A DNA stretch of 64,000 nt, taken from assembly GCA_030704615.1 (NCBI GenBank), contig CM060731.1, positions 57,846,001-57,910,000 of the forward strand, read 5' to 3'. Positions 1 through 10,128 of this stretch are shown piece by piece; position 1 is the stretch's first letter, and every line of letters starts with the position of its first letter. A program made the position numbers and the translations under genes. This DNA is from Takakia lepidozioides (Eukaryota; Plantae; Bryophyta). The notes under the pieces are model-generated. The model searched no databases. It was not told where the DNA came from and saw only the letters and a program-made list of their open reading frames with translations.

Positions 1-653
1 CTGAGTGAGTGATCACTCGTCCGAACGTGAGCGGAAGACGATAAACAAATAGATGCCTAAAGGCGTAGCACTGATTGATGAGGGGTCTACCACGGCACCG
101 TGATGCACATTCCGTCGTGGATTTCAACAATGGATGTGAATACCCCGCCACATGTCCAAATGCTTGGGTCAATTTTACGGGACCATTGACCGGTGATTCG
201 TATGAACCTTCGCGGGCACAACTTGAAGCAAAGCGTCACCCCTAATGTCTGACCACATTCTGGTGGCTAGCGGCAAGAGGGCCCCACGCAGACGATATCA
301 AATAGCAAGAGAAGCACATACAAAGGCCTCCATGGCAGCATTAAACGTGGGTGTTCCCTCCATGTTAGACACCAACGGCCCGGAGTAGAGGCATTCATAC
401 GTGGTTGAATGAAACATCATTATTGGGTAAGGGAGACATGAAAATCCAAAAAAGTAGAGCACGTTCGGACATCATTGTGAAGCGGTTCACTGGTTTATTG
501 AGGAGCAGAATTGGAGGTGCCAAGAGCGTCGTCTGCCCGGTGCCGATGCTGAATCACAGTGGGCATGCAAAGGAACACTGGGGAGCGCAAAAGAAGCTCT
601 TAACGTACTGTGGAAGAGGCGGCAGCCTGTCCTGGGCTGTGGTGCTGGCATTT

Positions 654-955
654 GGCGCACATTAGAAAAGGCCCGGGAGTTTAATGCGACTCCTTCGGTC
701 CTGCCTGCGTGGCACCCCCCGCCACCCCAGCCGCACCCCCTTCGCCGGCTCCTGCGCGGCTCGCGGTCGCTGCGCCCCGGCGCCCCCTCCAGCCCACCCC
801 TCAAAACCCCCCCCCCCGGCACCCCCCATCCCCCTGCCCGCCCGCCCTCCCCGCCCCCGCCCCGCCCCACGCCCGCCGGCCGTCACCACACCACATGAAC
901 TCTGTGGCACATGACACCTGTCACCACAACCCAACATCGCGCATGGGACATATCG
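654..955 (+). repeat. Left terminal inverted repeat (~300 bp, GC-rich, C-runs)
   Basis: Reverse-complement match to 15265-15563 from GGCGCAC through CCAACATCGCGCATGGGACATATCG; a weaker match continues ~15 bp further. Confidence 0.95.
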
Positions 956-1334
956 TGAGTCGAAAGCATGGATCCATACATGGCAGATGACACATACATG
1001 ATGGGTCACGAAAGTAACATGATGACCATCACGAAAGTCACATTATGACCATAGGCGTGAAGCCCTCACATATGCATGCATAAACAAGGTTGTACATGTT
1101 CAAATTTCAAATTTCAAATTTCAAATTTAGTATTATTTTATGGATTGGGTCTACTTCTAGTATTTAGGATGGATGTATGTAGGTACGGATGGATGAGACC
1201 AGGAAGTATGTGTAATGAGAGGCAACCTCCAATCGTCACCTTCCTTTCATGGTCCTCTCAAATTGTTCTGACCACGAAAGCACAACGTGCAGCCAGTACT
1301 AGCCGTGCCTCAGGTCCCTGAATTGCGCCACGAT

Positions 1335-4147
1335 ATGTCTGTTGCCGAGAATGAAGAAAATATTGCATCCCATCTTGTTTTGCTGCTTCGAAACCAAGTT
1401 CAAATGCCCAGTGTAGGTGTTTTAACCATCATGTACTGCAGTGGCGTTTCCAATGGCATGGCAAGCCTCCTGGCCAAAACTCTGCCGAAGTCGCCTACAT
1501 TCCCTGGAATCGAGTTGCTGATTTCATTACAGGGGAGTCTTCCCGTTCAGATGGCCCATGCACTTTCAGCAGGCATCAGCAAAGATGTCATCCGGAGGGG
1601 TCTCTCTTAGCTCCTCGCAGCAACAGTGCCAGGACTACAACAATGTCATTGGGCTGCAGGTCATGTGTTGCAAGGGCTACTGAATGATTTCCATGAATGT
1701 CCGAGTGCCTAAATCCCCTTGGTGTCATAGTAACGGATTGTTTTTTTGTTATTGTAGGTATCATCGCTCATATGGTTCACAGGACAGATGTAGTTCCTTC
1801 TTGGAGGTTACCCCTGCAATGGCACACAAGAAACGCCGAGTGAAGCCTGCAAAGAAGAAGGGGAGGAAGCCAAGAGCCACGGCCGCTTCCACTGAAGCAA
1901 AGCCAAAACAAATGAGGACCACACAAACAAAATCGGGGGAAGGCATCAAGAGGGGATGCATGTGCAGGTTGTAGTGAAGCAATGTTATGTGGACCCTGAT
2001 ATTGCCGAGCTGGTCTATTATGAAAAGAGACATGTGAATGGGGCTGGACAGGTCTGCCATGGACCTGCGCATCAAGTAGGTTGCGTTTCATTAGCTCCCC
2101 ACCTGAGCGATGAGATGAAATCATAGGTGTTACACAACCTCCGTCTCGGACTAAGCATCAACAAGATAATGGCCAAGCACACATAGAGGGTGAGGGAAAT
2201 CATGGATGGGGGGTTCGAGGTTACTCGTGACACCTTCCTTCTTTCAAATGACATCCGAAATATTGCCAACAAGTGCGATGAAGACACATTCAAAAAGCAC
2301 TCCAATGATGCACAAAGTGTCCGAATGTGGGTGCATGAAAACCCAGGAAGCGTTTTCTACTACCAGGAAGAGTCTAATCACCCTGCTTGGACGTTGAATG
2401 ACAGAAAACTTGACCTTCCATTTGTGCTTGGCATACAAACTGATTGGCAGAGAAAACAGATGCTCAAACACGGCCATCGTCGCATAGTTGCTTGTGATGC
2501 AACCTTTGGAACGAATGAAAAGAAGGTTCGTCAGATTGTTAACCCGAATTTCTTGAAAGCATGGCAAATTACGTTCTTCGTGTGAAGTACTATGTTTTGC
2601 AACCATTTCTTTTCAAGTCACTTCAATTACACATGATTGTTGTTGCAGTACCCGTTATATACCATGATGGTATTCGACGACTGGCTGAATGGTATTCCAG
2701 TGGCTTACATTATCACTGCAAGGTGCAAAACCATCGATCTGACGCCTTGGATGGAGGCACTAAACAAACAAATGACAAGTCGGCAAGTAGACTGTCGTCC
2801 CAATGCATTTATTGTGGATTACACTGAGCTGAAATTGCTGCCATTAGGTACGTCCATGAACTCAGGCAATATGCCTACCATGATGTCTTGGTTACACATG
2901 AATTTCAGTTTACCTACCTGATAAGAGAACAGATCTGTTTGGGGGGATTGTGCTGTTATCTTGTGCTTGTGGCATGTTCGCCGAGCCTGGCAGAAGAATG
3001 CAGTTGCAAAGGTGAAAGACCCAGTATTGCGAGCGGCTATCTTACAAGACCTGGCACAGATCATGTATGATAGAAAGGACACCTCTGGGGATGCAGGTGA
3101 AGCATGGGCCGTATTCAAAATTCTGGACTTGCGGGAGAAGTACCCTTCTGAGACAGAAATATGCACCTACATGGAGACAGAGTGGGGCTTCCAAAAGCCA
3201 AAATGTGGTAGAAAGGATCCCGCAATATACCTCATGCCTCTCAAGACACTAATGCTGCCATAGAAGCATACCACGGGAACCTGAAAGCGCAATTGAAGAG
3301 CACCAAAAGCGTCCTCGGTAGTAGGCGGGTGGATTGGCTCATCCCTGAACTGACAAGTGATACGCTAACCCATTACTGGTACATGTCACATGCAAAGGCA
3401 TATGGGTTCATCCAAAACAAGCGGCAGGAGGGATTTGTTTGCATTTCAATCTTGCTTGCCAAGGACATTCCGGATGTCAATGTACATCTGCCTCATACAC
3501 CGGGAGGCATTGCAGCAGTTGAATGCCACTGCCATTTGGGTATGATATATACTATCCACAATCCAGATTCTAAATGGGCATGTTGTGATTGTCATTGGGC
3601 CCTAAAAGGAAGTATGTGCGCACACCAGGTGAAGGTTCTGAAGATGCTGCACCCCCAACTGGAGGATGGGCTGATTGCAAAGTTATGCGGTTCCATCATG
3701 GGCACATATAAAGGTGGCCTGAACAACTTGATGACTGGTCATGACTCCCCTTCTTCCATCCCATCCTCTTCACAAACTCCCCCAGGTCTGACCTCCCCTT
3801 CAATGGCTCAGAGAACATCCGCTGGTCGAAGTCCACTGCCCAGCCTACCTGCCCTTATCTCCACAGAGTGGCAAACTATTCTTGAACTGACGGATGACAA
3901 CAAATTTCTCCAGCAACATCTTCTTGCCTTGGTGAGAGCTACAAAAGGAAAGATTTTGGACCTCACTGCCATGATGGAGGAGGGTCTTCAGTACCCTGCT
4001 GGGGAGCCAGTTATGACTGATGTTGATGATGGGAATGGAAAGTCACTTGCGCGCTACAAAGACTTTTTGGAGAGGCATGGCTACTCGGGAAATTACCCAC
4101 CCGTGCCCCAAGATTCCAGGAACAGGAAGAGGTTGTACACCGGCTGA
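1335..4147 (+). pseudogene. MULE-type DDE transposase with SWIM zinc finger (spliced; frameshifts and premature stops)
   Basis: Reconstructed across frames: VAYIPWNRVADFITGES, YHRSYGSQD, KRGCMC...LVYYEKRHVNGAGQVCHGP, LGIQTDWQ..HGHRRIVACDATFGTN (D1), YPLYTMMVFD..GIPVAYII, AFIVD (D2), CLWH (CxxH), TNAAIEAYHGNLK (E), RRVDWLI, SWIM CDCHWALKGSMCAH. GT-AG introns at ~2526-2648 and ~2848-2932, plus an acceptor at 1757. In-frame TAG stops near 2124 and 2183, and frameshifts near 1420, 1970 and 3190. Confidence 0.88.
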
Positions 4148-5613
4148 AGGACTTCAGGTAAGCCAGCATAGGGAGGTCTCATGGATCATGTCTTTCTCCT
4201 GGTTCTGAACTTCAGGTCTGTCATTTCCATGGGGTGTATGCTGAGTTAATGGGAAATGAGGCTGGTCTATGCAGGGATAATCTGAAGCAGCCCTTCCGAC
4301 TGAACATGTCTTTTCAAATTTGTGTGTGCATGGAAATGGGATGATGAACTATGAGGGGGTGGTGAAGTGCTTTGGATCTTAAATATTGTGGCTAATACAT
4401 GTGATCTGTAGGAGACGGTGAGGAAGACCAATGCATCTTTTCAGCCTGCCAACGAGGACTTGTATGTTGCTTTTCATTGAGGTTTAGGGTTCAGGACACA
4501 CTCTGAACCGCCTCAGCGGGTTTGAAACTAAGCTCTGCGTATTGTTGCCTTGAAGAGATGACTTTCTAGTATTGAAGACCATCATAACAATAGCATCAGA
4601 TACAGGGCTTATTCTCTTTCGGTTTGTAGCCTCATCAAACTCTTACATGTGAGTTGGGATGTAGTTCAACTTGCTGGGAGTTTGGATCTTTGGTTTGGGT
4701 CACTGTAGTTCAGTAGGTATTTTGAATCAGGAGACCTTCTTCAAATGCATGGGCTCGAACTCAGTTTCTCCATCATGAGGCAAGCATTTTCAAATGAAGA
4801 TGGAATTCCAAATTTACACATTTACATGCATCTTTGTAGTTGAATACCTACTTTGAGTCGCTGGCCATGTACAACTGTTTCATTTGAAGTTGGTATTGTT
4901 TCCTTAGCAAAGGACTAGCATTTAGGGTTCAAAGACATTTTCCAATGCTCTCTGGCGTCCAATACATAAGGTATTGAAGAACGATCACCCATACTTGTCT
5001 TCCACATGAAAGGGAGCATGCACAACTGGCACGAATACAATGCCCATGGAATGTTGTTATTTATATGATTGCAGAGCATAGGTGCAAGGACAGAACTGTC
5101 AGTCATGTTACAGAGAACAACGTGGACACAAGTTCGTTCGGACCCCAAAATGTCTAAAATGTCAAGACTAAGCTTTCTGTCCATCATAAAATGCAGCTAT
5201 GTTGCCCCCACTCCAGTGGGTTCAGATAGCAATAAATATAATGCCTTTCCAACCATGTTTGTGAACAAAACATCCCACCGAGAATGAGAATACTGACTGT
5301 GGCAATGCCAATTCAAAATGACGCATCCCTCAAAAGCACCCGCCACTTTTTCCCACCGCCCTATTGTCATGTGGGTGGAGGCTGCCAATCAGAGACATTG
5401 CCTCCACTTCATGCATGTGTTGTCCATACATGTGGACCAATGCGCACCTCAGCGGATGGTGGAATCAGTATCCCTTTGCTCCTCAAGATGCATGTGCCCA
5501 TCCGAAATCGTGCAGCACATGACTTACCCCCTCCAAAAGTCATGTTCTCCATCCTCACCGAACACATACTCTCCCACACGACACTGCCATTCAGTACTCC
5601 CAAACTCGTTGAG

Positions 5614-7260
5614 TTTCCTCAGATCCCCGATTGCCTCGTCGCACTCTCCCTCACCCATTTGCCTGGCCTTGCTGCCTCTTTCACTTCCGCCTCTCGCACA
5701 TAGCAATGTTAGACGCTCAAGAAGGAGTAGGCAGCTCCTGGCTGCAAGAGGAAGCTTTTGTTGATGTCAACACTCACAAGGAGTTGGTAGGAGATATTAC
5801 TGGCATCGGGGGACTCGCATCTCTGGATTGGAAACATTGGTGGATTGGTCAAAACCCACAACATGGGATATCATTCTTACAGCACATGTATCTGCAGGTA
5901 GAGTGGGCTGGTCTGGCTTTTACGATGACACCAACAGTGCAGCTGCAAAATAGCCTAACACCGTTGTACTCAGGTCAAGATTACTGTGTGCTCCTAACGA
6001 AGAGTGGGGGCCACATGCTTTAGGCCTGGACCCTTCGAAGGAGAACGAGTGTTTTCATATTCTTACCTTGTTTCAATGGGTGGATGAAGGCTGGGACTGC
6101 ATTAAACTGCTAGACGAACTTCCTTCCCCCATCATGCGCAAGCTTCAGAAGGGTTGCAGACCTAAAAGACCTTGGACCAGGGCTGGTGACATTTGCCTAA
6201 CTATTGAGGATGGAGTGATGCATGTCCGATTCCTTCATGCATTTGCGGAAGAACTCATCCTCAGTGTTTTTGCGTGTCTTGCCGCATTGGGGGAGCAATC
6301 ACTTCCACCACTTAGTCTTCTTCTTTCGGTGGGATATGCGAGTGTGTGTTTGGAAAGAGAGAATGATTAGGCAAGAGGTTCAGGTGCCTAATTATGAGTG
6401 GAATTTCAAAGAGGTTGACTGGTCAGTAGCATTATGAACCTCTTTCACTAGCATCACACAATTTGCCTCTTTTCTACGTTTGTGTGACCCTTTAGGGTGG
6501 AATTCTGGAAGCATGGTTGAACAATGTAAATGCCAAAAAACATATTGTCACTGCAATCTTTCCATGTATTCATGTCCAATGTGTACTCCCGGCATTCATG
6601 TTTTCCATTTTGCTTTCACATGGTTTGAAGGTTCTCCCACCTTACTTGCACATGCACGGGTTCATGCACTTGCATATGTTCTGAAGTAGGTGCAGCAGGT
6701 GGAGTTGAAAGTGAATGACACATGCTGGGAGTTGTTGGAATCACTCATTGTTGGGGTTTTCTCATCAGTGAGCAACCCTATTCAGGACCATACTCCTGAC
6801 ACCTCTGTTCACCAACATTGAAAATCAGGAGGCTCAGCCTAAAGCCCTGCTCCTCTTGGGGTATACAACAGATGGATGCTTGTGCGGAGGGATTTCTGCA
6901 GGAATTCTGGAAAGCCTGAACAATTTCCTGAACCAATTTTATATACCAACGTAAGTCTCAGTACCGGATTAACCCCTCACAAATGTAGGTGTATCGCCTC
7001 TTCTGCTGCCCAACCATGGATGCGGGGTCTATGGCCACGACACTATGGCAAACGACGTCTCGTGAGTACTCAGGACCAGCAAGAACATAGTCTCTCCCTG
7101 CGCCTCTGTTCACCAACTTTCAACCACTTTCACAAAACTTTGTCGAGGCTGAGCCTAAAGCCCTGGCCATGTTGGGGTCTGATTGTTGGGCAGGTCATAC
7201 TCAGCAGATTCATGCATGTGTGAAGGACTTTCTAGAGGAATGAAGGAAAGCCTGAACAAT
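5614..7260 (+). pseudogene. Transposon cargo: F-box (+LRR-like) protein pseudogene with a duplicated C-terminal segment
   Basis: FPQIPDCLVALSLTHLPGLAASFTSASRT* (5614-5703) fits the F-box pattern, and the TAG falls where the conserved W is expected. Downstream coding-like fragments follow (5706-6370). Segments 6758-6925 and ~7062-7260 are copies of each other and match the LRR-like segment at 36020-36210. Confidence 0.55.
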
Positions 7261-7569
7261 GTCGAACATAGTCTTGGCTGGTTAAGCGTCCTCATGAAGA
7301 TTTTGCTTTCGGAATGTTGATGAATGCTTTCCCAATCGGTCTGGGCCGAGGGTGGCAGTGTAGCAGGGTTGGTGGTTTCGCAGCTCTAGTCGTTGGTGAC
7401 CTGGCAAACCGCATTTGAACTGGCATATGTTCAATCGCAGCTTAAGTCGCAACTGAAAAAGCACACTCGCACTTAAGTTTGGGCAAAGGCAGACACATTT
7501 GAGGGCGTTTGTTTTTGGTACCGGGGTTTCCAACTTCCTTTGGGCTGCTTTTCATTACGAACTCAGGTC

Positions 7570-8268
7570 ATGGCATACTATTCAGGTACGAATGGCAGTC
7601 TTATTGAAGTTGCCATTGAAGATCCCCGCGATATCTCGGATCTGCTGCAACCGCGATTGGCAGGGACACGCACTGTCGTTGCAAACATTTTGTTTGGTTC
7701 CAGCATGGAGAAATCAGTGTGTCTGGAAGGAATAGTGTTGTTGTACAAGCCGAATGCCCCAAAGTCATATGCTATGCAATATGTTACTATGGGGGTTCCT
7801 TTGTGTATTTGGGATGTGATTGCATGTGATGCATAGACAAAAGGATTTCATGTGGACACAACCACGAAGGCTCAGATTTCAGGGGAGTACTTGTGGTTGG
7901 AGGTGAACATGCAGAGTCCTCAGAAGATCTTCATCATTGTGGAGGCAGATGAGACCGGGTTCTTATCCAAGGTGCCCATTGTGGACCTGAAGAAGACCCT
8001 CGCTGGTATAAAAACTAACGTGATGGTGAAGGGTAGCTTTACAGTGCGACTAAAGAAGTAGTATAGGGTTGAGAGAGGAGAGCATAGTGTTAGTTGGTCG
8101 TTGGGGCTCACTCCCACTACTTCTTTTTTGATTGACAAAACCGACATCGATGAGACTTCTGCCATGGATGAGCTGGTGCACGACTTGGGTGCTCTTAGAG
8201 TCAGTCCAACCCTCTCAGCTTTGCTTGTAGGTGGGGCAGGATCGTCCACGCCAAAATCTGAGAAGTAA
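7570..8268 (+). pseudogene. Transposon cargo: intronless 232-codon gene of unknown function with two internal TAG stops
   Basis: Single frame from ATG 7570 to TAA 8268, interrupted only by TAG at 7834-7836 and 8059-8061. Composition is protein-like and beta-strand rich (SVCLEGIVLLYKP, EYLWLEVNM, VMVKGSFTVRLKK, SVSWSLGLTP). Confidence 0.7.
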
Positions 8269-9067
8269 TTGATAATGCTTCATAGAAGACACGGTCGGCG
8301 GCTTAAGGTGGGGATCCAATTGAGTGCATGTGTTTGCTCTTTCAAAAACTGAGGTTGGAGTTTGTGGGGCAGTTCATAAGTATTGCTGAACTAGAGGAAC
8401 TGCTTGGTCGTTCAGTACTGCCTCGTTTGCACCAAAAGTGCATAAGGGGTTGCATGCAAATGTGCATGTTCCATGCTGAAGATCTGAACAAATGCTGCTG
8501 AAGCAAGCATGGTGTGGTCTGATTGCATGTGTTTGTCCCCCAGCTTCAAGAGGGCTATGGGTGAAGTGAAATTTCAATTATGAAGGGTACCAGACAGTTG
8601 GTAAAGGCACCCTTCAATCCACAGTCATCCATATGTTCACACAGAACTTGCTGAGATTTAATTAAATGGATATGAAACCAATAGGCATTTATGCATAATA
8701 TTGTTTGCTTTCGTAATCTTCCTTACCTGGGGTGATACCTTCAAGATTACATTCAATTGGCCTAAAGCAATTAGCAGAAGGGAAGGGACGTTTCTTATGT
8801 GTCACTTACCCTTCTACATACAGGTCACATGGGAAGTATGTAAATTCAGAAGGAATGATTTTACAGCTCCCATGATGCTGGCAAGGCAGGCTTGCATTTG
8901 TGCACCCTGAAATCAGAACACATAAGTGGATGAAGTAGAAGAAGTGTATATTCCTTGGGAGATAGGGATGGGTACAAATTGAGGCCGAAGTATGAAAGGA
9001 CATTTGAACAGTTTTTTTTTTTTTGGGTTGACGGGCACCATTGTTGTAGATAAGTGCACAGGCTTCG

Positions 9068-9505
9068 GTGAAGATGGGGGAGAGCAGGTATATGAGGAGG
9101 GGAAACATCAGCATATTCAATCCTTTCATGTGTTTGAATGAAAGACAACGGCAAAAAGAGATGGGGGATGGAGAGGCCCATGTGTTCAAACATTGTGCCA
9201 TAGACATGGAAATGTATGGACCACAACGTCCCGAATTTCGTATGTTGGTGCAATCACGGTTGGTGCGCATTAGAGACAACCATGATGCCGCTGTGGAGTT
9301 TATTTCCGAGCCTGATATCAGGTGCCCTCTGTGTATGTATCACTATGGAAATCCGAATGGCATGCATAGAGAACCCTACACTTCGTTGATTCACCATTGT
9401 GCAACACACTGGACCTCGTGGCGTGTAGAGCACAGGTGCTTGGCATGAATTATATTCAATATCATTGCTGAGAGACCAATTGCCACACTGGCACCAGCAC
9501 AATAA
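9068..9505 (+). pseudogene. Transposon cargo: small protein with an SGS3/zf-XS-like C2H2 zinc finger
   Basis: CPLC-x20-H-x11-HRCLA at 9323-9445. The TGA at 9446 is followed in frame by IIFNIIAERP. Confidence 0.5.
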
Positions 9506-10128
9506 CATTCATGTGATTGCGAGGAAGACTGATTGCACTAGGGTGTGCATTGTGCCCATTTACGATTGTTGCATTGAATGGTATGTGCGGGGTGTTACCA
9601 ATTTCCTTTACATGCAATTCCTGGCTTGCTTGTATATGCAATGTAGGCATGTGTTGCATGCAGGGAGCTACATTGAAATACCCTAGTTACCAGTGCTTGT
9701 TAACATATACTTGTTGAAACAGTCCTAGTCCCAAGGTATTGGGCATTATGTCACTGCACAATACATGTAAGCAAGGAAACGGAACAGTAATGTGGCACTG
9801 TGAAGTGAGTGTGAGCAGATTGTGGGGCAACAGGGATCCCATTGGCTGCCATCATGTTGAACATCATGCCCTTGAACCGAAAACATTAGAGAGAAGGAAG
9901 AGACATCCTGAAATAGCATACCCCAATGTAGAGAAGGGCTGACTGGGGGTACGAAAGAGGGACTGAAGCGAACTTGCAAAACAAAGCAGAGAACGTGCAC
10001 TGACGGTCGGAAATGTGCTGCCTGTAAGAAGAATAAGACACGGTTGTGGGAAGCAAAGGACCACAAAAACAACGCAGAAAGGTAGACAATTAATAAATAA
10101 TACTTTATGTAGCCAATTGTATCCAATG

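Noticed and set aside
487-1009. Gly/Pro/Arg-rich ORFs on both strands (and their mirror images at 15220-15693)
   Set aside because: They are by-products of the GC-rich TIRs and recur in inverted form at the other end; no domain signal.
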